From Neoconidiobolus thromboides FSU 785 (taxonomy: Eukaryota > Fungi > Entomophthoromycota), in contig MU626265.1 in assembly GCA_025603075.1 (NCBI GenBank), positions 157,516-221,515 on the forward strand: a stretch of 64,000 bases of DNA, written 5' to 3'. Within the stretch, counting starts at the first letter, position 1. The number at the start of each line of letters is the position of its first letter. A program made the translations under genes and the position numbers. The notes beneath the pieces were generated by a model. It did no database searches. It was given only the letters and a program-made list of their open reading frames with translations, and was not told the DNA's origin. Shown one piece after another: positions 27,624 through 39,528 of the stretch.

Positions 27624-29600
27624 ATGTCTAAATCTCGTGCTATTGGTATTGATTTAGGTACCACTTACTCATGTGTAGGTGTATGGCAAAATGATCGTTG
27701 TGAAATTATTGCTAACGATCAAGGTAACCGTACTACCCCATCTTATGTTGCTTTCACTGACTCTGAACGTTTAATTGGTGATGCTGCTAAAAATCAAGTC
27801 GCTATGAACCCATACAACACCGTTTTCGATGCTAAACGTCTTATTGGTCGTCGTTTTGATGAACCAGAAGTTCAATCCGATATGAAACATTGGCCATTCA
27901 AAGTTATTGATAAATCAACTAAACCAATTATCCAAGTTGAATATAAAGGTGAAACTAAACAATTCACTCCAGAAGAAATTTCTTCAATGGTCCTCATTAA
28001 AATGAGGGAAACTGCTGAAGCTTATCTTGGTACAACCGTTACTGATGCCGTTGTCACTGTCCCAGCTTACTTCAATGATTCTCAACGTCAAGCTACTAAA
28101 GATGCTGGTGCTATTGCTGGTCTTAATGTTCTCCGTATCATTAACGAACCTACTGCTGCTGCTATTGCTTACGGTCTTGACTCCAAGACCACTGGTGAAA
28201 AGAATGTCCTTATCTTTGATTTAGGAGGTGGTACTTTTGATGTTTCCCTTTTATCTATTGAAGATGGTATCTTTGAAGTTAAAGCTACTGCTGGTGATAC
28301 TCATTTAGGTGGTGAAGATTTTGATAATCGTCTTGTTAATCACTTTATGCAAGAATTCAAGCGTAAAAACAAGAAAGATATCTCTTCAAATGCTCGTGCT
28401 ATGCGTCGTCTCCGTACTGCTTGTGAACGTGCTAAGCGTACTCTTTCTTCTGCTGCTCAAACTTCTATTGAAATTGATTCCCTCTTCGAAGGTATTGATT
28501 TCTATACCTCCATTACCCGTGCTCGTTTCGAAGAACTTTGTCAAGATCTTTTCCGTTCCACTGTTGATCCAGTAGAAAAAGTACTTCGTGACTCCAAGAT
28601 TGATAAATCTGCTGTCAATGAAATTGTACTTGTTGGTGGTTCTACTCGTATTCCAAAGATCCAAAAGCTTGTTTCTGACTATTTCAATGGTAAAGAACCA
28701 AATAAGTCTATTAACCCTGATGAAGCTGTTGCTTATGGTGCCGCTGTCCAAGCTGCTATCTTAACTGGTGATACCTCTGAAAAGACTCAAGATCTTTTAC
28801 TTCTTGATGTTGCTCCACTTTCTCTTGGTATTGAAACTGCTGGTGGTGTCATGACTCCACTTATTAAACGTAATACCACTGTTCCAACCAAGAAATCTGA
28901 AACTTTCTCTACTTATGCTGATAACCAACCTGGTGTATTAATCCAAGTATTCGAAGGTGAACGTGCCCGTACTAAGGATAACAATTTATTAGGTAAATTC
29001 GAATTATCAGGTATCCCACCAGCACCACGTGGTGTTCCACAAATTGAAGTTTCCTTTGATATTGATGCTAATGGTATCTTAAACGTTACTGCTGCTGATA
29101 AATCTACTGGTCGTTCTAATAAGATTACTATTACTAACGATAAAGGTCGTCTTTCTAAAGAAGATATTGAACGTATGGTTGCTGAAGCTGAAAAATATAA
29201 ATCTGAAGATGAAGCTGCTGCTGCCCGTATCTCAGCTAAGAACGGACTTGAATCTTATGCTTATAATTTACGTAATACCCTTAATGATGAAAAGGTTGCT
29301 GGTAAATTAGAGGCTGCTGATAAAGAAAAACTTGAAGCTGCTATTAAAGAAGCCACTGAATGGTTAGATAACTCTCATGAAGCTTCTAAAGAAGAGTATG
29401 AAGAGCGTCAAAAGGAACTTGAAGGTGTAGCTAACCCAATCATGGCTAAGATCTACGCTGCTGGAGGTGCCCCAGGCGCTGAAGGAGGTTTCCCAGGAGG
29501 TTTCCCAGGAGGCGCTCCAGGAGGCGCTCCAGGAGGTTTCCCAGGTGCTCCACCAGCAGGTCCAGGTGCTGATGGACCAACCATTGAAGAAGTTGATTAA
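27624..29600 (+). CDS. HSP70: Cytosolic Hsp70 (SSA type), intronless
   Basis: [28 protein letters not shown] repeats, C-terminal EEVD. Confidence 0.99.
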   Translation: MSKSRAIGIDLGTTYSCVGVWQNDRCEIIANDQGNRTTPSYVAFTDSERLIGDAAKNQVAMNPYNTVFDAKRLIGRRFDEPEVQSDMKHWPFKVIDKSTKPIIQVEYKGETKQFTPEEISSMVLIKMRETAEAYLGTTVTDAVVTVPAYFNDSQRQATKDAGAIAGLNVLRIINEPTAAAIAYGLDSKTTGEKNVLIFDLGGGTFDVSLLSIEDGIFEVKATAGDTHLGGEDFDNRLVNHFMQEFKRKNKKDISSNARAMRRLRTACERAKRTLSSAAQTSIEIDSLFEGIDFYTSITRARFEELCQDLFRSTVDPVEKVLRDSKIDKSAVNEIVLVGGSTRIPKIQKLVSDYFNGKEPNKSINPDEAVAYGAAVQAAILTGDTSEKTQDLLLLDVAPLSLGIETAGGVMTPLIKRNTTVPTKKSETFSTYADNQPGVLIQVFEGERARTKDNNLLGKFELSGIPPAPRGVPQIEVSFDIDANGILNVTAADKSTGRSNKITITNDKGRLSKEDIERMVAEAEKYKSEDEAAAARISAKNGLESYAYNLRNTLNDEKVAGKLEAADKEKLEAAIKEATEWLDNSHEASKEEYEERQKELEGVANPIMAKIYAAGGAPGAEGGFPGGFPGGAPGGAPGGFPGAPPAGPGADGPTIEEVD

Positions 29601-29785
29601 TTTATTGTCGGTAGATTTTCAAAAGAATAGTTGTTTATTAAACAATTCTATATAGCTAACCAAAAAAATATATTAATATAACTATAATTATATAATAAAA
29701 ATAAAATCTGTTATTTAAAAATTGCAAGTTTTTGATTTTTTAGATTATTTCTTTTTTTAATTTATTTAGCTCAAGTTTATTTCGA

Positions 29786-31229
29786 ATGACAATTAATCAA
29801 AAGATTCATTTAGATTTCAATAGTTATTGTTTGGATTGGTCCAATAGTTTAGATAACAGAATAGCAATAAGTAGTTTTCAATCAAAGGATAATAAGGTAA
29901 ATAAAACAGTATTAATATATAACGATATATAATACAATATACAATATTTATAATTTTAATAGATAGTAGTCTATGATATAGACTTAGAACAAGAAAATAA
30001 TCCACAGGTGCCAGTAGAAATTCATCAATTATACTCACCAACAAATATATTATTTGAACCAAAAAGTGTAAGTTTTAATTAGAATAGATAATATAATAAT
30101 AATATCAATGATAATGATAATAAAAGACTCATCCAACACATGAGTGGTTAGCTTCCAGTACCGATGTGTTAAACTTATACAAAATACCCACTAGTTTGGA
30201 ACCTATTGAACATTTAACAAGTTATCAATTAATTAATGTAAGTCACACTATTTCTCAATGAATTCACTAAAGTCTTCAATTTATAGACTCGTAACTTGGA
30301 ATTAGCTCCATTAACTAGTTTTGATTGGAGTGAATGTGATAGTAATTTAATAGTTACTTCGAGTATTGATACCACATGTACCATTTGGGATTTAGAATTA
30401 CAGAAAATTAAAACTCAGTTAATTGCTCATGATTCGGAGGTATTTGATGTACAATTTGCTTCCAATAATTCCAAAGAAGTGTTTGGGTCCGTGGGAGCGG
30501 ATGGTTCAGTTCGGTTATTTGATTTGAGGTAAGTTGAAATGGGGTTTCAAATTAACAGATTTCAAATTGAGATTATTATTATATTATTATTATTGTCTAA
30601 TAATAGTTAAATATTTATTTATTTATTTTTATTTTAACTATAGATGTTTAGATCAATCAACGATTATTTATGAAACCACAAGTTCAAAATCATCAAGTTC
30701 CAACATCGTCTCTTGTTCTCATAGTAATAGTAGTATATTAAAATTAAAATTTAATCGAATGGATCCCAATTATTTATCAATAATTGAAAAAGAGAATAAT
30801 AAAGTTGGCATTTTAGATTTAAGAAAACCATTTATCAAAGTAGCCGAATTATGTGAGATGAAGCTACCTCCAATTACTATGGACTGGTTACCTAAAAATA
30901 GAAATGAAATGTTGGTGTCTGGTAAGTAAAGAGGTTATTTTATTATGGAAGTATTATTTGTTTTTAAAGATGATGATAGAGAAAGATAATAATTGTTATT
31001 TATCGATTTAGGTGAATATCCTATTGTTTACTGGTTTGACTTAAGTATGGCTAAAAGCAATGTTGTCTCAGGAAATAGTTCAATGAATATTAATCATCCT
31101 CAATTTATTGCTAATCCGAAATATCAAATGGAGATTATTGGAGATAAGATTCATCAAGTGAAATTTGGGAAGAGTAATGGATTATTATCTATTTTGGAAT
31201 CTAAATGTTTCAATGTTATGAAAGTTTAA
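29786..31229 (+). CDS. DCAF7: WD40 protein of the DCAF7/WDR68/Han11 (TTG1-like) family, divergent, multi-exon
   Basis: APLTSFDW...[11 protein letters not shown]...[14 protein letters not shown]...[14 protein letters not shown]...STIIYE. Confidence 0.85.
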
Positions 31230-31232
31230 AAG

Positions 31233-31234
<2 letters not shown>

Positions 31235-31288
<54 letters not shown>
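31235..31288. repeat. (TTA)n microsatellite directly 3' of DCAF7
   Basis: About 18 perfect TTA units. Confidence 0.95.
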
Positions 31289-31290
<2 letters not shown>

Positions 31291-31539
31291 AGCTTTTTTT
31301 AATAATTAAGATTTAATATATTTCGAACAGTGTTTGAATTATTTGATACATTACTAAATAAATTTTTAAAAAAAGGAATATTTTTAGTATTTATTGTAGT
31401 TATTTTTGTTTCTAAAAAATTCAATTTAAAAATTAACCTTTGAATTTTCTATTCTATATATTCTTCAACTTTGTATCTGAATTCGATTCTAATAATAATA
31501 AAAGTACATATCAATAAAAATAATCCAATTTCAAATATT

Positions 31540-34500
31540 ATGATAGCTCAAATAGCTTTGTATTTACAAACCTCACCTCAACGTCAATTAGCATTAGAAA
31601 CCTATACTTTAGAAAATAGTTCTTTGGATCAAACGTTAATAATTCGTCATGATGATAATAATACCCTTCAACTTGAATTACAAAAATCAATTAATAAAAA
31701 GAATTATACTTTATTATCTCATGTGTATGGCTATCTTGGTAATTTAAGATTACAAACTTATCAATTTGCTTTATTTATATCGACATTCACTGGTGGAGAA
31801 AGGATAAATATTTTTGGAAAAAAGAACATATTTAAAATTGAAAATGTGTTGTTTGTTTGTTTAAATGATGATAGATGGGATCATGATGTAATGAAGGAAG
31901 AAGATGAGGCGGAATATGTTTTAGAGAAGGATGAAAGGGAGGGGGTTATTTATAAAGAGTTTCAAGACTATTTTAAACAACAATTTTTTTATTTTTCACA
32001 TCAAATGGACCTCACTGTAAGTTTACAAAAAAAGTAAGTCCATTTGTTCTATTATCTTAAACATTATCTTATATTTATTATAGAAATCAAAATACAAAGT
32101 CTGGAGAAAAAAAATATTATGTTGGAGATAGCGATTTTTTATGGAATCAAAACTTGTTAATGGAACAATTAAATTTATTAAACACAATTAACAATAATAT
32201 TAAACTTCAACAGTTTTTATTTACTTCTGGTTTAATTACTCCAATTATTCAAGGTTTAGTTGATACTTATTTAGTTCCTGATATAAACGATATTAATCCA
32301 GTTAATTGTACTTTAATTTCTAGATTATGTTGGAAAAGAGCAGGTAAGTTGAATACTTTTAATATTTTAACATGTTAATTTAATTTAATTTTAAGGTACT
32401 CGATTTAATACAAGAGGTATAGATGATGATGGCTATGTGGCTAATTTTGTAGAAACGGAATTAATAATTAGTAGTAATGAAGAAACATTTAGTTTTATAA
32501 TAGTACGAGGTAGTGTACCCACATTTTGGAAACAAGAAGGAAACCAAGTATTAGGCCATAAATTCCAATTAAGTCGAGGTTCGGATGCAAGTCAATATTG
32601 TTTTAATTTGCATATTAATTGGTTACAAGAAAGATATACTAATGTATTTTTATTAAACTTGTTGAGTCAAAATGAAAATAATATTGAATTATCTTTAAGT
32701 CAAATTTATGAGGAATTAATTGCTAATTTGGATACGGATAACATCATTCATTATACGGCTTTTGACTATCATTTTGCTTGTAAAGGAGGCAATGTTCAAA
32801 ATGCTCATCAATTTATTGAACAAATTCAATCGAAAATTGAACAATTTGAGTATTTTCTAATGAATAATCAAACAAAAAAAATCATTAATTTACAAAATGG
32901 GGTTATTAGAATTAATTGTCTAGATTGTTTAGATCGAACAAATTTAATTCAAGGAATGATATTAAATTTTATACAATTGAATTACTTTCAAAAAAAATAT
33001 CAGCAAAAAGAAAGTATTAATTTTATACAATCCAAATTAAATCAAAGTATTATTAAAAATGGAGATCAAATATCTAAAATTTATGCAGGTACAGGGGCTT
33101 TACAAAGTAATGTTCATCAATTTGGTAAATCTAATTTATTGGACAAATTAAACGATGCCTCAAAATCAGTTACTAGATTATATCAAAATATGTTTTTAGA
33201 TGATAAAAAATATTTAGTTATCCATCAATTATTATTCAATAATAATAACAATAATAATAATAAACTAATTAAGAGTAATAACAATAATAATAGCATAAAT
33301 AATAATAATAATAATATAAAGAATAATAATAGTAATAATATACATAACAATAATATAGTAACAACAAATAATAATTTTAATCGAGAACTAATAATTCATT
33401 GTGGAACATATAATGTCAATGGACGCTATCCCTCTAAAGAAAGTTTGTTATTATGGTTAGAGTCTAAATATCATGCTGAAAACCAAGTATTACCAGATAT
33501 TTATGCGATTGTATTTGAAGAAATAGTAGAATTAACACCTAGTCAAATCCTTAATGCGGATTTAAATCGAAGCTTAATATGGAAACAAATTTTATTAAGA
33601 GATTTAAATCTATTAAGTGAAAAATATGAGGTAGATAATGGAAGGAAAAATCATTATCATTTATTATCAAGTGAACAATTAGTTGGTATTTGTTTATTTA
33701 TTTTTGTTAAAAAGGAAATTATTGGGGATATTAAATTGGTTTCTAATACTAAAAAGAAAACAGGGCTTGGGGGTATGGCAGGTAATAAAGGGGCAACAGC
33801 TATTCGATTTCAATTGTTTAATTCAACATTTTGTTTTGTGGGTGCTCATTTTGCTTCAGGTAAGTAGCCTTGTAAATAGGTATTAAAAATTAATTGATTT
33901 TTTTCAAAATTTAGGACAAAGCAAATTGGAAGATAGAAATCGAGATTTTAATACAGTTCATTATGGCTTAAACTTTTTCAATTTTGGTAGTTTAGAAAAT
34001 CATGAGTAAGTTATTAGTATCTTTATTTATATTGATTATTACTAATTATTCTTATTAATTATTTTAGTTACTTATTTTATATCGGGGATTTTAATTATCG
34101 AATTAATTTAAGTTATGAAAGAGTACTACATAGCATCAAAAATAATGATTTAAGATCTTTATTGGCCAAAGATCAAGTAAGTTTATAATACAAATGATCG
34201 TTAAGTATTAAATACTATTTTAGTTATTAAATGCCATGAAATTGAATTTAGCATTTCCTCATTTTAATGAAATGCCAATCACTTTTTTTCCAACTTATAA
34301 ATTTGATGTTCATACTGATGATTATGATACTAGGTAATAAGATTAATAATAAAACTTAATTATTATTTCAATATTAATCTATCTTATTATTAGTGAAAAA
34401 AAGAGAATTCCTGCTTGGACTGGTAAGTTTTTCATAGTTTTAATTCTATAGAGTAGAGTTGAATATTAATGGAATTGTTATATTTGAAATTTAGATCGTA

Positions 34501-34774
34501 TTTTATTTCGTGGTGATAAAGTAAGTTAATTTTAATTATAATATTAATAAAATTCAATTTATTTTATTAGATAATACCATTATATTATTCTGATGCTAAA
34601 CTATATGAATCAGATCATAAGCCTGGTAAATTCAATAATAATGATAATTTAATATCTAAGTTATTAATATTAATTTAATTCAGTATTAGCCGGTTTTAAA
34701 ATCCCATTTTTTAATAACGAAAAAAGTGGTATTATCAATCATAGCCATAAACATAAAAAGAATAATAGTGTTTC

Positions 34775-34818
<44 letters not shown>

Positions 34819-35304
34819 TAAAAGTAGATACTTTAATTGATATAAGAAATGAAGATTTGTTATCTACTATTGGTTGTAAGTTTTTATACTTATATTTATT
34901 ATTTAAAATAAAATAGAATAATATTTTATTTTAGTACCACAACCAAGTAATGATTATTATCAATGGTGGGAATCGATCCATAAATTAGGTAAATTAATTC
35001 TTAATAGTTATATCATGCTTCTATAATACATAATACACTTACATACAATATCTAATAACTTATAATATCTATAACAACATGTATTAATATTAATATTAAT
35101 TTTAATGTTAATTTAGATAACAAGTTGTATCAAACGAATAGTATCGAAAATTCATTAAAAGATAGTAGCATTAAAAATCCATTTAGAATACCTCAATTAA
35201 AAAGTTATTTAAAATCTATTCATTATCCTATGGATTCAAAATCGATGGAATTAATCCCACCGAAATTACCTCAGAGGAGTAATACAGTGTCCCTATTAGA
35301 TTAA
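31540..35304 (+). CDS. Synaptojanin-like phosphoinositide phosphatase (Sac1 + 5-phosphatase domains) with poly-Asn tracts, many exons
   Basis: RGSVPTFW, Sac1 CX5R motif RINCLDCLDRTN, GMAGNKGA, GDFNYRI, PTYKFD, RIPAWTDRI, SDHKP; the 3' exon structure is approximate. Confidence 0.9.
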
Positions 35305-35705
35305 AGAGAGTAGAAGAAAAGGAAAAAGGATTTTAGTAAAAACTAGTTTTTATCACATTATATGATACGATATTGGGTAATGAAAATAAAAGGTAATTTT
35401 TTTAAAGTTTTAACATTCAAATTAACAAAATTTGGAATAAAAGTGGACTTTAATTTGAATTCAATTGCTTTTATTTTCGGATTTATTATTTATTATACAA
35501 ATTAAAAGGTCATGAATTAGGATGATTATGTTTTTTTAGCATCTCTTTTTTTAACATTCTTTTTATTAAAAAAACACCTAATAGATTGGTGATTCGATTT
35601 GTTACTTAATACTTAATTGTTATTCCACTTACATATTGAAACAATTAAGATTCATTAGAAATAACATATCTCATAGCAATTGAATAGCCATTTTTATACT
35701 CCAAT

Positions 35706-35778
35706 GGGCCGTTAAGGCTTTGAACTCGAATTTAGAGTATCGAAATCTTGAGTGTTAATCACTTTATCAATAGAAGTC
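35706..35778 (-). pseudogene. Decayed tRNA-like sequence (Gln/Arg-like)
   Basis: 73 nt on the minus strand: A-box-like GTGATTAACACTC, anticodon-loop-like TTTCGAT, B-box-like GAGTTCAAAG; the stems do not pair properly. Confidence 0.35.
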
Positions 35779-36785
35779 ATCAGCTAGTATGGGTTATTTT
35801 GATTAGAATATAAATTCTTTAAAGGAGATTAAACTAACTAGTAAATTAATTAACATATAATCCTAACCTTATTTAGTCATTAATTACATTGAATGATCGG
35901 TGAGAATAATCAAACCAAATTTTTGGCTAATTTATGGTTTTAGTCTACATCCACCAAAAGTTAAACTCCAATTCTAAGTATTGATACTTTAGGTGTTAAC
36001 TAATCCATCATGTGATTAATTTGATATTTTTAGTTTTAAATTTAAATTCAAAAAATCAAAGTTGGAATTTAGTTTAACTTGTTTGAAAGATTTACTATGT
36101 TGCTTTTTTTTCTATAACATTTCTTAATAATATTTTCAACTAGTTAGATTTAAAAAATCGATGATAAAATGAAATTCAGAGAACTCTCTTTAAATAAATA
36201 ATTATTATCGTAGTAATATCTATGTATTTGTTAAACTTATAAATAAAATTTAAAAAATTTTCTTCAAATTTTTCTGTAAAGCAATATCTTACTAATTTTA
36301 AAATAGCCTTAATCTGTAACTTAATATTATTCAAAACTGCAACATAATTGTTAAAATAGCTTAGAAGTTTCGTTTACTTAAGTTAAATTGATAAATAATA
36401 TAGAGATTTATTGAAGATTGAATTTAGATTCCAAAATCAAAACTTTATATAATTATTACACAAAGGACTATAAAACAGTTGCTTCAGTTTATCGATACAT
36501 GCCGTAGGTCTTATTTTCTAAATTGAGTTTTTTTTAAATATTACATAAATGCTATAAAAGCTATTTAATATCTATTTACTTATTTTCTAACTTTAGTTAA
36601 TTATAAATGTTAGAAAATAAGTAAGCTTTGAGCAGGGTTTTATTTATGTACTAATTGTGAATAATTAGAACTGTTAAACCTTATCATGATGTATGTGTTT
36701 AATTTAACTTGTCATAAAATCCAATAATCTACAATACTATTAAAAGATAAATAATTTGAATAGTAAAAAAATAGTTTTATTATAT

Positions 36786-36882
36786 GGGGGTGTTTTTCTT
36801 GGTTTCATCATTTTTTATACTTCTAAACATTATTTGAGTGGAAAGTTTATTAGTACAACTCTTAAACAGAAAATAGATCCCT
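36786..36882 (-). mobile_element. MITE copy 4 (left half of inverted dimer)
   Basis: ATAT|GGGGGTG...GATCCCT|ATAT; the right ATAT is shared with copy 5. Confidence 0.85.
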
Positions 36883-36886
36883 ATAT

Positions 36887-36983
36887 GAGGATGAATTTTT
36901 CTGTTTAGGAATTTTACTACAATCTTTCTACTCAAATAGCGCTTAAAAAATGGAAAAATAATGAAGCTAAAAAAAACAGTTCC
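36887..36983 (+). mobile_element. MITE copy 5 (right half of inverted dimer)
   Basis: ATAT|GAGGATG...CAGTTCC|ATAT. Confidence 0.9.
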
Positions 36984-37204
36984 ATATTGTGGTTCTATTA
37001 GTATAGAAAACTAAAATATTTTGTTAGTAAAAATTGGTATGGTATATAAAGCAGATGTAATAGCAGCGAGATAGTAAGGAGGCATTAAAAAGGAAGCAGA
37101 CAGGAGGTTGTCTAGAAAGTGTTTTAAATAAAGTAATATTAAACTTTGATAAACGATTTGACTTTCCTTACTTATCTTTTCAAGTTAAACTAATTTTATT
37201 ATAT

Positions 37205-37300
37205 GGGGTGTTTTTTTATGTTTAAGAATTTTACTAATAAATTTCCGCTCAAATAGTGCTTAAAGATGGAAAAAGTAATGAAGGCAAAAAAACATACCCA
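37205..37300 (+). mobile_element. MITE copy 6
   Basis: ATAT|GGGGTG...CATACCCC|ATGT. Confidence 0.88.
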
Positions 37301-37464
37301 TGTTTAGACTAAAAACTAATTTGTTTATATATAAAAAGTAAAAGTTAATATGAGCATTCATGTAGAAGTTTGAAAATTTTATTGAATGTTTATGATCATA
37401 AATATGCAATAATAATAATAATAGTTTTGTTATTTAAATATTTATTTGTAATCTTTTTAATAGA

Positions 37465-38022
37465 TTAAATAATAGCAGCATTATTATGGCTATTAACATT
37501 GGAATGGTTACTATTTACATCTTTCTTATGAACATTGTCAACAAATACAGCAGCTTCTTTATTACGGTCAAATTCATTAGCATTGAAATTGTTAGCATTA
37601 GCATTAAAAGCATTATTACTAATTACAGTTGGAAAGCCAAAAGAACCAAACCCATTATTAAACCCACCATAACCACCAAGTCCATAACCTGGATAAAAAG
37701 AGTTAAAACCACGTCTGACCAAAGGAACACTACTTGAAATGGAGGTGTCAATTTCAGCTGGAAAATCTAAAGAAGCTAAACTAGGGGTTAAGGTATTAAT
37801 CGAATTAATTCCATTAAATCCAAAATTTCCATTTAAACCAAAGGTGGGGGTGATAGAATGAAATTGCTGGAAGTTATTACTATTGAAAAATTCATTAGAG
37901 CCAAAATTCAATGGTAAAGTATTGAAGCTTCGTTTAGCTAAGTGGACATCACTTGAGGTTGGGAGTGAAGTAATAGTAGCAGTTAAAACTAATATACTAG
38001 CGTTTAATGTAAATCTGTTCAT
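37465..38022 (-). CDS. Secreted N/F/G-rich precursor A (185 aa; signal peptide, KR and RR sites), intronless, unknown function
   Basis: MNRFTLNASILVLTATITS|LPTSSDVHLAKR|...VPLVRR|GFNSFYPGYGLGGYGG...; TATA-like element ~35-40 nt upstream of the ATG. Confidence 0.85.
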   Translation of the reverse strand: MNRFTLNASILVLTATITSLPTSSDVHLAKRSFNTLPLNFGSNEFFNSNNFQQFHSITPTFGLNGNFGFNGINSINTLTPSLASLDFPAEIDTSISSSVPLVRRGFNSFYPGYGLGGYGGFNNGFGSFGFPTVISNNAFNANANNFNANEFDRNKEAAVFVDNVHKKDVNSNHSNVNSHNNAAII

Positions 38023-38799
38023 TTTTTTGATAGTTAATCCCAGTTTTACTTGGCTCTTTATAGGTAGTCTAATCGTCTTAATTTATCTTTATTTACAATA
38101 CAAAGATATAAATTTGATAAATAAATATTAATTAATATCCTTTATTAAATAAAATCTTAATTTGAACAATTTCATTGAACTTTTTTGTTGGTAAATTAAA
38201 ATTATCTGATTAATAATAAATACTAACTTCTATCATAGCACCTAATAATCAATCTGATTAATCATACATAATTTATTGTAATATTAGTCGAGTGACAGTT
38301 GGAGTCAAGTATTGCACAAGATTAAACCCTAGGGTGAACACGAAAGCACTAGACTTAAATCGGTGGATATAAGAAAGATCCACTAGGAGTTGGATATTAT
38401 GTTTTAAAATATTATTTCTAAGAGATGAAGTTTTGTAGTTTTATTGAGGTAAATAAAGTATATTTTACAGTAGCGCCATAACAAATAATTGTACACAAAA
38501 ATATCTTTTTTGTCTCAATGTTTTGTTATTAATTTTTCTTTATTTTACATTGCATAAGAAATGAAATAAGTAACGAACTAATATATTTATGTTGTATAAT
38601 TCATGTGCAATAGTGTACTCCCTTAAAAGGGAAAATCAACTATGAGACCTTTTAATCAGATAAGTACTAAAGTTGGGACAATTTCATTAATTGTTGTCCG
38701 TTCTCTTAAAAAATAGTTTTATCTCATACCCAGATTAAAAACTAACTTATTTTTATTAATAAAAGTTAATGTAAGGGTTAACATTTAAATCTAAAATAT

Positions 38800-38896
38800 G
38801 AGGATGAATTTTTCTGTTTAGGAATTTTACTACAATCTTTCTACTCAAATAGCGCTTAAAAAATGGAAAAACAATGAAGCTAAAAAAAACAGTCCC
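38800..38896 (+). mobile_element. MITE copy 7 (2 differences from copy 5)
   Basis: ATAT|GAGGATG...CAGTCCC|ATAT. Confidence 0.9.
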
Positions 38897-38975
38897 ATAT
38901 GTTTAATGCTTATAATTATAAAATAATAATAATAGTTTTGATATTTAAATATTTATTTGTAATCTTTTTAATAGA

Positions 38976-39314
38976 TTAAATAATAGCAGCATTATTATGG
39001 CTATTAACATTGGAATGGTTACTATTTACATCTTTCTTGTGAACATTGTCAACAAATACAGCAGCTTCTTTATTACGGTCAAATTCATTAGCATTGAAAT
39101 TGTTAGCATTAGCATTAAAAGCATTATTACTAATTACAGTTGGAAAGCCAAAAGAACCAAACCCACTATTAAACCCACCATAACCACCAAGTCCATAACC
39201 TGGATAAAAAGAGTTAAAACCACGTCTGGCTAAATAACTATTGCTTGATGCTGGAAGTGAAGAAATAGTAGCAGTGAAAGCTAAAATAATGGTTTTTAAT
39301 AAAAATTGATTCAT
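38976..39314 (-). CDS. Secreted N/F/G-rich precursor B (112 aa), paralog of A
   Basis: MNQFLLKTIILAFTATISS|LPASSNSYLARR|GFNSFYPG...; the last 81 aa match A except for one N>S change. Confidence 0.85.
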   Translation of the reverse strand: MNQFLLKTIILAFTATISSLPASSNSYLARRGFNSFYPGYGLGGYGGFNSGFGSFGFPTVISNNAFNANANNFNANEFDRNKEAAVFVDNVHKKDVNSNHSNVNSHNNAAII

Positions 39315-39528
39315 TTTTTGATATTACTTTAAAAAATTATTTCAATGCTTATATACTCGTCTACCTTTCTCTCATTATTTTATAAATATATTCATTAAAA
39401 CATTTTACTTTTTTCTTTATTTATCATTAACCTGTTATTTATTATTAGTATTTAAAAGTTGTTTATCCTTAATTTATCTAGTTAATTATTATTAGCTAAC
39501 ATGATATGTGATAACTTGCACTATTTAT

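Noticed and set aside
28027-28751. Alternative-frame and antisense ORFs inside HSP70; likewise 12477-12764, 16332-16535, 37486-37737, 38997-39233, 45806-45994, 50099-50371, 51323-51973, 56179-56367 and 58248-58523
   Set aside because: They are shadows of the codon bias of the real overlapping genes and have no independent motifs.
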